NCBI GenBank assembly: GCA_963796055.1
Contig: CAWCKH010000004.1
Location: 1,888,001 to 1,952,000 of the forward strand
Reading direction: 5' to 3'
Source of the DNA: an uncultured delta proteobacterium
Lineage (GTDB): Bacteria > Myxococcota > Myxococcia > Myxococcales > Myxococcaceae
Length of the DNA: 64,000 nt
Under the pieces are notes generated by a model. The model did no database searches, was not told the origin of the DNA, and was given only the letters and a program-made list of their open reading frames with translations. Positions 18,647 through 28,522 of this stretch are shown piece by piece (positions within the stretch are counted from its first letter, which is position 1; each line of letters starts with the position of its first letter). The position numbers were made by a program, and so were the translations under genes.

Positions 18647-19715
18647 CTAGAACGCTCGGAGGTACTGCACCGGGACGCGCCGCGCCTCGGGGCGCCCCAG
18701 CTCCTCGGCGGCGTGCAGGGCCCAGTACGGGTCCCGCAGCATCGCGCGGGCGAGCATGACGAGATTCTGCGTCCCCGGCGCGGACGATCCCGTCGGCCTG
18801 GGCGGGGGTGTTGATGAGCCCCACCGCCGCGGTGGGCACCCGGGCCTCGGCGCGAATGCGTCGTGCGAAGGGGACCTGGTAGCCGGGCACCGCCTCGATG
18901 CGCGCGTAGGGCACGAGGCCGCCCGAGCTGCAGTCGACGAGGTCCACGCCCTCGGCGCCGAGCCGCCGCGCCAGCTCCACGCTCTCGTCCAGCGTCCAGC
19001 CGCCTTCCACCCAGTCGGTGCACGACAGCCGCGCGAGCAGCGGCAGCCGCTCCGGCCATTCGGCGCGGACCGCCCGGGTGATCTCCAGCGCCAGGCGGGT
19101 CCGCTGCTCGAAGCCGCCTCCGTAGCCGTCCTCTCGCCGGTTGGACAGCGGAGAGAGGAACTCGTGCACCAGGTACCCGTGGGCGAAGTGCAGCTCGACC
19201 AGGCGGAAACCCGCGGCCAGCGACCGGCGGGCCGCCGCGGCGAATGCCCGGATCACCTCGCCGATGTCCTCGAGCGACATCGCCCGCGGCACGACCGTGC
19301 GCTCGGAGAAGGGAATCGCGCTGGGGGCGATCGGCTGCCACCCGCCTTCCTCTGGCGGCACACCGGTGCCACCCTCCCAGGGCACGCGGGTGCTCGCCTT
19401 GCGTCCGGCGTGGGCCAGCTGCACGCCGGGCACCGCGCCGTGCGCGTCGAGGAAGCGAACGATGCGCGAGAGCGGCTCGAGGTGAGCGTCCTTCCACAGC
19501 CCCAGGTCCGCGGCGGTGATGCGACCGCGCGCCTCGACCGCGGTGGCCTCGGCGACGACCAGGCCGGCCCCACCCACCGCACGCGACCCGAGGTGGACCA
19601 GGTGCCAGTCGTTGGCGAAGCCATCGTCCGCGCTGTACTCGCACATCGGCGAGACACCGACGCGGTTGGAGAGGGTGACGGAGCGGAGGGTCAGCGGCTC
19701 GAAGAGGTGGGCCAC
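18647..19715 (-). CDS. NADH:flavin oxidoreductase (old yellow enzyme, YqjM/NamA-like) with +1 frameshift at ~18765
   Basis: SPMCEYS, QLAHAGRKAS, HFAHGYLVHEFLSP, PGYQVPFA; removing one base restores DLVMLARAMLRDPYWALHAA...PVQYLRAF*. Confidence 0.9.
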
Positions 19716-19742
19716 CGCCAGGACGTAATCCCGGCGCTCGGC

Positions 19743-20705
19743 TCAGGCCACCCGGTCCGGGGCGGGCCTGCCCGAGAGGACCGCGTCGACGTTGTCCAGC
19801 GCCCGGAATCCCATCGCTTCCCGGGTCTCGATGGTCGCGCTGCCCATGTGTGGCAGGAGGAAGGTGTTCTCCAGCCCGCGGTAGCCGGGATGGAGCGCCG
19901 GCTCGCCCTGGAACACGTCCAGCCCGGCGGCCCCCACCTGACCCGAACGCAGGGCCGAGATCAGCGCCTCGTCGTCCACCAGGTCCCCCCGGGCGGTGTT
20001 CACCACGATGGCCCCGCGGGGAAGCAGCGCCAGCCGGTGCGCGTCGAGCAGATGCCGCGTCTCCGGCGTCGACGGCGCATGCAGCGAGAGCAGCTCGCTC
20101 AGCGGCAGCAGCTCCTCCACGGTGGGGTGGAAGACGGCGCCCTCCTCGCGCTCGGGCGGCAGCCGCCGCTGGTCGGTGTAGTGGATCTCCACCCCGAAGC
20201 CCCGGGCACGCCGGGCCATGGCCTGACCGATGCGACCCATCCCCACGATGCCCAGGCGCTTGCCGCTCAGCTGACGCCCCATGAGCTGCGTGGGCGCCCA
20301 CCCGGTCCAGCCGCCCGAGCGCAGCAACGCCTGTCCCTCGTACGCGCGCCGCGCCGCCCCGAGCAGCAGGAGCAGCGCGATCTCCGCGGTGGCGTCGGTC
20401 AGCACCTCGGGGGTGTTGGTCACCACCAGTCCCCGGGCCCGCGCCGTGTCCAGGTCGAGATGCTCGGTGCCTACCCCGAAGCTGGCCACGATGCGGATCC
20501 GCGCCGGGAGTCTCAGCAGGACGCCGGCGTTCATCCGGTCCGCCACGGTGCACACCACCGCGTCCACGTCCTGGCTCCGGGCGACGAGCTCGTCGGCGAC
20601 CAGGGGCCGGTCCTCGGGATTGGCGATCAGCCGGTAGTCGCGGGCCGCGCGGCGCTCGACCGCCTCGGGCAACCTCCGGGTGAAGAGGACCGCGTGCTCA
20701 GTCAT
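19743..20705 (-). CDS. D-2-hydroxyacid dehydrogenase (glyoxylate/hydroxypyruvate reductase-like)
   Basis: VTNTPEVLTDATAE, GMGRIG, NTARG, GLDVF..EP, LPHMGSAT. Confidence 0.92.
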   Translation of the reverse strand: MTEHAVLFTRRLPEAVERRAARDYRLIANPEDRPLVADELVARSQDVDAVVCTVADRMNAGVLLRLPARIRIVASFGVGTEHLDLDTARARGLVVTNTPEVLTDATAEIALLLLLGAARRAYEGQALLRSGGWTGWAPTQLMGRQLSGKRLGIVGMGRIGQAMARRARGFGVEIHYTDQRRLPPEREEGAVFHPTVEELLPLSELLSLHAPSTPETRHLLDAHRLALLPRGAIVVNTARGDLVDDEALISALRSGQVGAAGLDVFQGEPALHPGYRGLENTFLLPHMGSATIETREAMGFRALDNVDAVLSGRPAPDRVA

Positions 20706-21690
20706 TCACGTTCACGACCACCCGCCCGCGCACCTGTCCATCGACGATGCGCGGGGCGAACTCCACCAGCTTGGACATCGGCACCTCCTGGGTCACCTCG
20801 TCGAGGTGCAGCTTTCCCAGGTTGTCCACCAGCAGCTTCCAGGCGCGCGTCCGCTCCTCGGCCGGTGTCAGGTCCGAGTCGCAGCCGAGGAGCGCCACGT
20901 TGCGGAGGATGAAGGGGAACACGGTCCCCGGGAAGTCCGAGCCTCCGGCCAGCCCGCACGCGGCGACCGCGCCACGGTAGGCGGTCTGGCTGCAGAGGGT
21001 GACCAGCGTCTGCCCGCCCACCGTGTCCACGCCACCGCCCCACCGTTCGGAGGCCAGCGCCGGGCCCTTCTGGGCGAGCACGTCCCGGCCGATGATGTCC
21101 GTGGCGCCGAGCTTCCGGAGGTAGTCCGCCTCGGAGGTCCGGCCGGTCGAGGCGACCACCTTCCTCCCCAGCGCCGCGAGGAGCGCCACGGCGATCGAGC
21201 CCACGCCGCCTGCGGCGCCGGTCACCACGAACTCGCGGTCGGATGCCAGCGTGCCGTGGTCCTGCAGCGCCAGCACGCAGAGGGCGGCGGTGAAGCCCGC
21301 GGTGCCGATGGCCATCGAGGTGCGCGCGTCGAGCCCCCGCGGAATCGGCAGCACCATCGCTTCCTTCACCCGGGCGCGCTGGGAGAAGCCGCCCCACCAG
21401 CTCACGCCCAGGCCGTTCCCCGTCACCAGCACCGGGTCGCCGGGGCGGAACCTCGCCCCGGTGCTCGAGCGCACCCGGCCGGCGAGGTCGATGCCGGGCA
21501 CCATCGGCCACTTGCGGATGACCTTGCCGCGACCGGTGAGCGCCAGGCCGTCCTTGTAGTTGAGCGAGCTGTAGGCCACGTCGATGGTGACCTCGCCGGG
21601 CGGCAGCGCCGCCTCCTCGAGCGCCGCGCGCTTGACCTGCGTGCGCCCGTCCGCCTGCTCGGCGACCAGAGCCGTGAAGTTATCTGCCAT
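20698..21690 (-). CDS. YhdH/AcuI-family MDR oxidoreductase
   Basis: YSSLNYKDGLA, PGIDLAG, GTAGFTAAL, TGAAGGVGS, PFILRNV, RGRVVV. Confidence 0.9.
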   Translation of the reverse strand: MADNFTALVAEQADGRTQVKRAALEEAALPPGEVTIDVAYSSLNYKDGLALTGRGKVIRKWPMVPGIDLAGRVRSSTGARFRPGDPVLVTGNGLGVSWWGGFSQRARVKEAMVLPIPRGLDARTSMAIGTAGFTAALCVLALQDHGTLASDREFVVTGAAGGVGSIAVALLAALGRKVVASTGRTSEADYLRKLGATDIIGRDVLAQKGPALASERWGGGVDTVGGQTLVTLCSQTAYRGAVAACGLAGGSDFPGTVFPFILRNVALLGCDSDLTPAEERTRAWKLLVDNLGKLHLDEVTQEVPMSKLVEFAPRIVDGQVRGRVVVNVND

Positions 21691-21909
21691 AGCGCCGGTG
21701 ACCATCGATCCGGCAGAGACGAAACTCCAGTCGGAGTCCGGAAAAACTTGCTCTCTCCCGCTCGACCCCCGGGCTGCTCGCCCTCGCAGGAAGGGCCCGC
21801 GGAGCTTGGCCCGCCGTTCGCAAGGCGGACGACTCAGGGCGGCGTGGGGGTCGTGGGGCGTGGCGAGACGTGGACGGTCGCTTGCAGAGCGGTTGCTGAC
21901 CTCAGTTGG

Positions 21910-22887
21910 TCAGCGAGCAGGCACTGTCCACGTCTCCGTCCACGCGTTGGAAACGGGGCGTTCGGGGGTGACCCAGTCGCGGTCACCGTCCTGCTCGGGA
22001 AAGGTGACTGGCCGTCCGTCGAAGGTCTCGCGGCGCCCCGGATAGACGAACGTCCGCCAGGCGTAGCCGATGAGCGATCGCTGCTCGAGCGCCGGATGCA
22101 GCCCCGGCCGGATGTGCGCCGCGTGGGCCTCGGGCAGCAAGCTCCAGTGCAGGCCCGGCTCCAGGTGGTGCATGCCGTGGTAGCCGTTGTTGAGGGTCAG
22201 GAAGTTGAGCAGGGGGCTGGTGAAGTTCCGGGAGTGGTTGACCGGGTGCTCGGGGTCGCAGCCGTCGTGCCAGAAGAAGTTGATTCCCACGATGCCCAGG
22301 TTGGCCACCAGCTCCGGCACCAGCACGAAGCAGAGCGCCTTGCGCCAGTCGAGTGCGAGGACCGCGAGCTTGACGCCCCAGACGAGGACGATCTCCAGTC
22401 GGCGCTGGCGCCGCCAGTCCTCGGTGCCCTTGAGCGCGGCGTAGCGACGGTTGCCGCGGACGATGGCCGGGGAGACGGCGAAGGGGAAGGCGAGGAGGTT
22501 GAGCAGGTTCCAGCGGAAGCGCACCTTCGAGGTGCGCATCACGTCCTCGCGGGCCTGCAGGAAGCGGTGGTGCGAAAGGTTGTGCCCCGGGATGTAGTCG
22601 GTGATCGGGAATCCGTAGGACAGGCTGACCCACACCTGGAAGGCCGAGTTCATCCAGCGCCGGCGGAAGACCGGGCAGTGCACCGTGTTGTGCGCGACCA
22701 CCGCTGACAGCCATGACGTGTACGCCAGGACGCCCATCGCGACGAGCCAGGCCACCCCCGGGGGGGCCGCCACCCAGGCCAACACGGTGAGCGAGGCATG
22801 GGTCGTCAGCAGGAGCAGTGTCCGGCGATCGGCGGCAAATCTGAGGATTCCCGGGCGGTCGACCCGGACTGGCAGCGAAGACTCCAC
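21910..22887 (-). CDS. Membrane fatty acid desaturase family protein
   Basis: His boxes HNTVH, HNLSHH, NNGYHGMHH. Confidence 0.88.
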   Translation of the reverse strand: MESSLPVRVDRPGILRFAADRRTLLLLTTHASLTVLAWVAAPPGVAWLVAMGVLAYTSWLSAVVAHNTVHCPVFRRRWMNSAFQVWVSLSYGFPITDYIPGHNLSHHRFLQAREDVMRTSKVRFRWNLLNLLAFPFAVSPAIVRGNRRYAALKGTEDWRRQRRLEIVLVWGVKLAVLALDWRKALCFVLVPELVANLGIVGINFFWHDGCDPEHPVNHSRNFTSPLLNFLTLNNGYHGMHHLEPGLHWSLLPEAHAAHIRPGLHPALEQRSLIGYAWRTFVYPGRRETFDGRPVTFPEQDGDRDWVTPERPVSNAWTETWTVPAR

Positions 22888-22948
22888 GCCGCTGCACCAA
22901 AGCAGGGGCTTCCCGCGAATGTCGAGTCTTTTACAACCGGAGGTGCGG

Positions 22949-23488
22949 TCAGGGCTGGTCGTACTTCAGGAACGACACCACCCGGTCCGAGCCCAGCCGT
23001 TCGGCGCCCCCGAGGAACGCCAGCTCGACGAGGAAGGTGAAGCCGACCACCGTCCCCCCGGCCCGGCGGATCAGCTTCTCGGTGGCTAGGGCGGTGCCCC
23101 CGGTGGCCAGCAGGTCGTCCACCACCAGGACCCGGGCGTTCCGCACCAGGGCGTCGGTGTGGAGCTCCAGCGCGTCCTCGCCGTACTCCAGCCCGTAGGC
23201 CTCGCGGTGGGCCTTGCGAGGCAGCTTTCCGGGCTTCCGGACCGGCACGAAGCCACGACGCAGCGTGGCAGCTAGGGCCCCGCCGAGGATGAAGCCCCGG
23301 GCCTCGATTCCCACCACCTCGGTGACCTCCAGGGTCGCCACCCGCGCAGCGAGCGCGCAGACGACCCCGTGGAAGAGCAGCGGGTCGGCGAGCACCGGCG
23401 TGAGGTCCTTGAAGACGATGCCGGGCCTGGGAAAATCCGGCACGTCACGGATACGGGCTGCGACGGCCTCGAGCAGAGGAGGGCTCAT
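22949..23488 (-). CDS. apt: Adenine phosphoribosyltransferase
   Basis: PDFPRPGIVFKD, EARGF, VRKPGKLP, VVDDLLATGGT. Confidence 0.96.
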   Translation of the reverse strand: MSPPLLEAVAARIRDVPDFPRPGIVFKDLTPVLADPLLFHGVVCALAARVATLEVTEVVGIEARGFILGGALAATLRRGFVPVRKPGKLPRKAHREAYGLEYGEDALELHTDALVRNARVLVVDDLLATGGTALATEKLIRRAGGTVVGFTFLVELAFLGGAERLGSDRVVSFLKYDQP

Positions 23489-23538
23489 GGACTGCCGGGC
23501 AGCATATGCCGCCCCCGGGGTGGTATAGGCGTCGCGCC

Positions 23539-24558
23539 ATGACCGAACCGGCCTCCAGGCGCGGGCGCCCCACGCTCGTGAAGGAACCTCTGCCGCTCGA
23601 CCACAAGCTCCTGGTCCGCATGCACGACCTGATGGTCGAGTCCCGGGTACTCGAGGAGCGGTTGATCCAGATGTACCGCCAGGGCCACGGGTACTTCTGG
23701 ATCGGCGGCCCGGGGGAGGAGGCGTTCAACGTCGCCCTGGGCCTGCTGATGAAGAAGGGCCAGGGCCCGGCCCACGACTACCTGCACGCGCACTACCGCC
23801 AGAGCGCCACCATGATGGCCCTGGGCGAGGACCCCATTGGCGCGCTCCGGCAGATGAAGAGCACCGCGAGCGATCCGTACTCGGGGGGCCGCAACTTCGC
23901 CGGCCACTTCAGCAGGCGCGAGTGGAACATCGTCCCGGTGTCGAGCCCGATCGAGGTGCAGTACGCGATGGCCCCTGGCACCGCGCTGGCCCAGAAGCGG
24001 CACGGGGGCGACGGCATCACCATCGTCACCGGCGGCGACGCCGGCACGGCCGAGGGCGACTTTGCCAGCTGCCTGGTGTGGAGCACCCGGCCGGGGAACG
24101 AGCTCCCGCTGCTGATCGTCGTCACCCACAACCAGTGGGGCATCTCCACCTCGGCGGCGACCCAGCAGGGCTGCAAGACCATCGCCGACCGCGGCAAGGC
24201 GTTCGGGATGCAGACCAAGACCATCGACGGGAACGACCCCATCGTCAGCTACCTCGAGCTGCAGAAGGCGATGGGCTACGTCCGGACGGAGCGGAGGCCG
24301 TACCTGCTCGAGGCCAACGTCTCGCGCCTCTATGGCCACTCCAGCGCCTCCGGGGCGAACTTCGTGACCGTGGAGCAGGACTGCATCGCCGAGTTTGAGA
24401 AGAAGCTCGAGGCCCACGGCATCCTCACCCGTGCGGAGATGGAGAAGGTCCGCGCGCGCTGGACCGAGGAGATCGCCGCCAAGGCCCGGCAGGTCCGCGA
24501 CGAGCCGCTCCCCGAGCCCTCCACCATCTGGAAGCACGTCTACGCGGAGGATCGCTGA
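23539..24558 (+). CDS. 2-oxoacid dehydrogenase E1 alpha subunit
   Basis: TPP motif GDAGTAEGDF...HNQWGIS, RLYGHSS. Confidence 0.9.
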   Translation: MTEPASRRGRPTLVKEPLPLDHKLLVRMHDLMVESRVLEERLIQMYRQGHGYFWIGGPGEEAFNVALGLLMKKGQGPAHDYLHAHYRQSATMMALGEDPIGALRQMKSTASDPYSGGRNFAGHFSRREWNIVPVSSPIEVQYAMAPGTALAQKRHGGDGITIVTGGDAGTAEGDFASCLVWSTRPGNELPLLIVVTHNQWGISTSAATQQGCKTIADRGKAFGMQTKTIDGNDPIVSYLELQKAMGYVRTERRPYLLEANVSRLYGHSSASGANFVTVEQDCIAEFEKKLEAHGILTRAEMEKVRARWTEEIAAKARQVRDEPLPEPSTIWKHVYAEDR

Positions 24559-25613
24559 TGGCCAGCATGGCGCAGGCCATCCGTCTGGCGCTGCACTACG
24601 CCGAGGAGCACCTGGGGGTGACCGACGTCTTCGGCGAGGACGTGGGCCCGCCGCTGGGGGGCGTGTTCACCGCGACGCAGGGGCTGAAGACCGCCTGGAA
24701 CAGCCCGCTGGACGAGCGGGGGATCATCGGTTGCGCCATCGGCCTGGCGCTCGCCGGGCAGCGTCCGGTCGCGGAGATCCAGTTCTGCGACTACATCTAC
24801 AACACCATCGACCTGCTCAAGATTGCCGGCAACACCTGCTGGGCGAGCGCCGGCGACTGGAACGTGCCGATGGTGGTCCGAACCCCGGTGGGCTCGGGGA
24901 TCCGCGGGAGCATCTACCACTCGCACAGCTTCGACGCGACGATGACCCACATCCCGGGGTGGAAGGTGGTGATGCCTTCCACGCCGCTGGACGCCTACGG
25001 GCTGCTGCTCTCCGCCTGCCAGGACCAGAATCCGGTGATGGTGCTGGAGCCGAAGGCGCTGCTCCGGATGAAGGGCGAGGAGCCCATCCCCGGTGAGCCC
25101 GGCGACGACCGGGTGCTCTCCAAGATGATCGACGCCCCGCTGGGCGACCGCTCGCAGTGGAAACCGCAGTGGCCGGAGGTTCAGCCGTACACGGTGCCCA
25201 TCGGGAAGGGAAAGCTGGTCCTCGCCGGCACCGACCTCACCGTGGTCAGCTACGGGCGCACCCTGCCGCTCTCGGTCAAGGCGGCCCAGACGCTCTCCAG
25301 CGAGGGCATCTCCGCCGAGGTGATCGACCTGCGATCGCTCTGGCCCTACGACTGGGAGATGATCCGCGAATCGGTCAAGAAGACCGGCCGGGTGCTGTTC
25401 GTCAACGAGGACACCGAGGTGACCAACTTCGGCGAGCACCTCCTCCGCCGAACGGCGGAGGAGCTGTTCTACGAGCTGCTCGCCCCTCCGCGGCTGCTGG
25501 CCGGGAAGTTCGTGCCCGGCATCGGCCTGGCCGACCCGCTGGAGATGGCGTCGGTGCCGCAGCTGGGCGACATCACCGAGGCGATGCGCGCGCTAGGGCG
25601 CGAGCAGCCCTGA
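24558..25613 (+). CDS. 2-oxoacid dehydrogenase E1 beta subunit
   Basis: FGEDVG..GGVF, EIQFCDY, YHSHS, EVIDLRSL; TGATG coupling to alpha. Confidence 0.9.
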   Translation: MASMAQAIRLALHYAEEHLGVTDVFGEDVGPPLGGVFTATQGLKTAWNSPLDERGIIGCAIGLALAGQRPVAEIQFCDYIYNTIDLLKIAGNTCWASAGDWNVPMVVRTPVGSGIRGSIYHSHSFDATMTHIPGWKVVMPSTPLDAYGLLLSACQDQNPVMVLEPKALLRMKGEEPIPGEPGDDRVLSKMIDAPLGDRSQWKPQWPEVQPYTVPIGKGKLVLAGTDLTVVSYGRTLPLSVKAAQTLSSEGISAEVIDLRSLWPYDWEMIRESVKKTGRVLFVNEDTEVTNFGEHLLRRTAEELFYELLAPPRLLAGKFVPGIGLADPLEMASVPQLGDITEAMRALGREQP

Positions 25614-25634
25614 AGCTGGTCCGGTCGATCGGGC

Positions 25635-26003
25635 TCAGATCTGGGAGTGCAGCCCGATCATGTTGCCCTCGGTGTCGTAGACCAAGGAGATGAAGCCGTA
25701 CTCGCCGATGGACATCTTCGGCTTCTCCACCCGGCCCCCGAGCTTTTTCGCCCGACCTTCCTGGACCGCACAGTCCTCGCACGTGAAGTAGACCAGGACG
25801 CTGTTCTTGCCCGAGGGGAAGCCTTCGTACTTGCACAGCGCGCCTCCGGAGCCTTTCCCTTCTCGCTCCATCGGGAACATCCAGTACTCGAGCTTGGGGT
25901 TGGGCATCTGTTCGAGCTTGAACCCGAAGACCCCCTCGTAGAACGCCTTCGCCCGCGTCATGTCCTGCACGTAGATCTCGAACCAACCCACTGGATTGCC
26001 CAT
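25635..26003 (-). CDS. VOC family protein
   Basis: NPVGWFEIYV.DM.RAKAFY...DTEGNMIGLHS; GGAG RBS. Confidence 0.9.
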   Translation of the reverse strand: MGNPVGWFEIYVQDMTRAKAFYEGVFGFKLEQMPNPKLEYWMFPMEREGKGSGGALCKYEGFPSGKNSVLVYFTCEDCAVQEGRAKKLGGRVEKPKMSIGEYGFISLVYDTEGNMIGLHSQI

Positions 26004-26251
26004 GTCGTTCTCCTGCTTGTTCGGCCTCACTTGCTGGCGTCCGGTTCCAACCCCTTACGTCGGCGACTTCTCGAACCCCGACGCAGGAATGGTGGATGCG
26101 GGGACCTATCCCGATTTCTCGGTCGCTGGAATCTACGATTCGCCGACCTCGCCGTATCCGGGGCCAAGGCTCGAGCGGATGCTCGGCCGCCGGAGACGGA
26201 ACCGGTGTGGCCTGCTGGACTCTGGCACGCTGGTGCTTGCCTTCGCGATCC

Positions 26252-26656
26252 TCAGGCGCCGAGGGTCTTCCGGATCTCGTCCGGGACCCGGACCTTCTCC
26301 TGTCTCTCGTAGTTGATGAGCACCACCACCGCGCGGCCCCGGGCGACGACGCGCGCCGGGTCACCCGCGTGCCAGATCTCGTGCGCCAGGACGAGGCTGG
26401 TGTTCCCCACCCGCTCGGCCCGCATTCCCACCGTGATGCGCGCCGGATACTCCACCGGCTCCAGGTAGTCGTTCTCGATCCGGGCGAGGATCGGTCCCAC
26501 CGGCTCCCCGGGCACGGTGGCCATCCCGAGCCTCCGGAACAGGGCGATGCGTGCCGTCTCCGCCCAGGCGATGTAGCGGATGTTGTTCACGTGCCCGAGC
26601 GCGTCCATTTCGCCCCAGGCCACGTCCAGCGTCACCTCGATGGTCCACTCGCCCAT
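26252..26656 (-). CDS. Acyl-CoA thioesterase (4HBT/hotdog fold)
   Basis: WGEMDALGHVNNIRY..ETARI. Confidence 0.9.
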   Translation of the reverse strand: MGEWTIEVTLDVAWGEMDALGHVNNIRYIAWAETARIALFRRLGMATVPGEPVGPILARIENDYLEPVEYPARITVGMRAERVGNTSLVLAHEIWHAGDPARVVARGRAVVVLINYERQEKVRVPDEIRKTLGA

Positions 26657-26765
26657 GGGGGCCTCCCGTCGCCCGCCCGTCACCCGGGCGGCCCGGCGCT
26701 CCTGCCGGACGTTTCTGTCGCTGCCGCCGCCTCGGCGCAATCCCCCGGAGCGCTCGCAAGAAACG

Positions 26766-26794
26766 TTGCACCGGCGAACCGGGAAAGACAGGAT
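26766..26794 (+). promoter_or_regulatory. Candidate sigma70-type promoter TTGCAC-N17-CAGGAT
   Basis: 17-nt spacer; lies directly before the hairpin/SD/sORF unit. Confidence 0.4.
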
Positions 26795-26830
26795 GGGGCT
26801 CGCCCTGCGGGGCGAAAAGGAGGTGATGCC

Positions 26831-26875
26831 TTGACCCAGAAAACTCAAGGCGTCGCCTCTCTGGGCGCGGCGTAG
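26831..26875 (+). CDS. Putative 14-aa small peptide MTQKTQGVASLGAA (or structured sRNA)
   Basis: AAGGAGGTGAT at 26817-26827 then TTG...TAG in an otherwise empty ~350-bp intergenic gap. Confidence 0.4.
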   Translation: MTQKTQGVASLGAA

Positions 26876-27013
26876 AGCAAGCAGGGCCGCGCGCACGAGA
26901 GCGGCGCACAGGCTTCAAGCCCGCCCCCTGGTGGCTGGAGGCGCAGTGTCTGGCCACCGGGGAGGCGGGTTCTTGCTGTCCGCCGTCCGCGCTCACTTCT
27001 GGGCATCCTCTCG

Positions 27014-28438
27014 CTAGACCGCCACCCGCTTCCACGCACCGCGCCGGAACACGGCCCCGCTCGCCACCGCGAGGAGGCTGAAGGCCGCCAGGCAGGCGAT
27101 GAAGGCCCCGGTGGTCCCGAGCCCGGCATGGACCGCGAGGACCCAGGCCAGCGGCAGCTCGAAGGCCCAGAAGCAGAGCCCGTTCAGCCAGGTGGGGGCC
27201 CAGGTCGCCCCGGCGCCGTTCAGCGACTGGGTGAAGGTCATCCCGTACGCGTAGAAGGCGAATCCGGCGGAGATGATGCGGAGCCCGCGGACGCCGTGGC
27301 CGAGCACCACCGGGTCGGTGGTGAAGATGTCCACGATCTGTGGAGCGACGGCGATGAACAGCAGGCCCACCGTCCCGAGGAAGACCGCGCCCACGTGGCC
27401 GGCCATCCATGCGGCGCGCTCGGCCCGGTCGGGCTTCTTCGCTCCCAGGTTCTGCCCCACCAGCGTGGCCGCGGCGTTCGCCAGTCCGAAGGAGGGGAGC
27501 AGGGCGAAGAGGATCAGCCGGATGGCGATGGTGTAGCCGGCGACCGCCTGGCTGCCGAACCGGGAGATGATCCGGACCAGGAAGATCCAGCTGGTCATCC
27601 CCACCACGGTCTGGAGCGTGCCCGCGCCCGAGAGCCGCAGGACGGAGAGCATCGTCCTCGCCTCGAGCCGCACGTGCCGCATCCGTACCGTCAGCCGCCC
27701 GTCCCCACGCGTCAGCCGGTACAGCTGGTAGAGCACGCCGGTGGTTCGCCCGATGGAGGTGGCCAGGGCGGCGCCCACCACGCCCATCCTCGGAAAGGGG
27801 CCGACGCCGAACACCAGGCACGGGCCGAGGACGACGTTGATGCCGTTGGCGAGCCACAGCACCCGCATCGCCGTGGCCGCATCCCCCGCGCCCCGGAAGA
27901 TGGCGTTGATCAGGAACAGCAGGCAGACCGAGACGTTGGCCCCCAGCATCAGCCGGGTGAAGTTCACGCCGTGCTCCAGCACCCAGGGCGAGGCGCCCAT
28001 CGCCCGCAGCAACGTGGGGGCGAGCACCGCCCCCGCAGCGGACAGCGGGATGCCGAAGAGCAGACCCAGGGCGATGGCCTGCACCGCCGTGCGCGCGGCC
28101 GCCTCCTGGTCCTTTTCCCCCATCCGCCGGGCGACCAGCGACATGGCGCCGATGGAGAGCCCGAAGGCCAGGGCGTAGACCATGGTCTCCATCGTCTCGG
28201 TGAGGCCCACCGTCGCCTGGGCCTCGGGACCCAGCCGCCCGACGAAGAAGATGTCGGTGACCGCGAACACCGACTCCATCACCATCTCCAGCACCATCGG
28301 GACCGCGAGGACGAAGATGGCCCGCCCCAGCGGCAACTCGGTCAGGTCGAGGTGGGTGCCGCGCAGCGCCTCCCGGATCTCGCCCCAGAGCGAGCCATCG
28401 CGGACGGGGCGAGCGTCGGTGTCGGGTACGGCGTCCAT
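27014..28438 (-). CDS. MATE family efflux transporter
   Basis: LAVPMVLEM, RGAGDA, LVGQNLGAKKPDRA; about 12 TM. Confidence 0.93.
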   Translation of the reverse strand: MDAVPDTDARPVRDGSLWGEIREALRGTHLDLTELPLGRAIFVLAVPMVLEMVMESVFAVTDIFFVGRLGPEAQATVGLTETMETMVYALAFGLSIGAMSLVARRMGEKDQEAAARTAVQAIALGLLFGIPLSAAGAVLAPTLLRAMGASPWVLEHGVNFTRLMLGANVSVCLLFLINAIFRGAGDAATAMRVLWLANGINVVLGPCLVFGVGPFPRMGVVGAALATSIGRTTGVLYQLYRLTRGDGRLTVRMRHVRLEARTMLSVLRLSGAGTLQTVVGMTSWIFLVRIISRFGSQAVAGYTIAIRLILFALLPSFGLANAAATLVGQNLGAKKPDRAERAAWMAGHVGAVFLGTVGLLFIAVAPQIVDIFTTDPVVLGHGVRGLRIISAGFAFYAYGMTFTQSLNGAGATWAPTWLNGLCFWAFELPLAWVLAVHAGLGTTGAFIACLAAFSLLAVASGAVFRRGAWKRVAV

Positions 28439-28522
28439 CGTGACTCCGGAGGAGGCGTGTGGCTCTGGACTGCCGCGGGGGTCAAGCCGATCTGCGAGAG
28501 GCTCGTCCCCGGTCGCGAAGCG

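Noticed and set aside
21700..21920. Structured RNA between the desaturase and yhdH genes
   Set aside because: Only short GC hairpins, no U-tract or recognisable family motif
26795..26935. tmRNA or tRNA (GGGGCG start, peptide ending AA, T-loop-like GGCTTCAAGCCC)
   Set aside because: Far too short for tmRNA, no proper TTCRA T-arm or CCA end, and the ORF has its own SD and start codon
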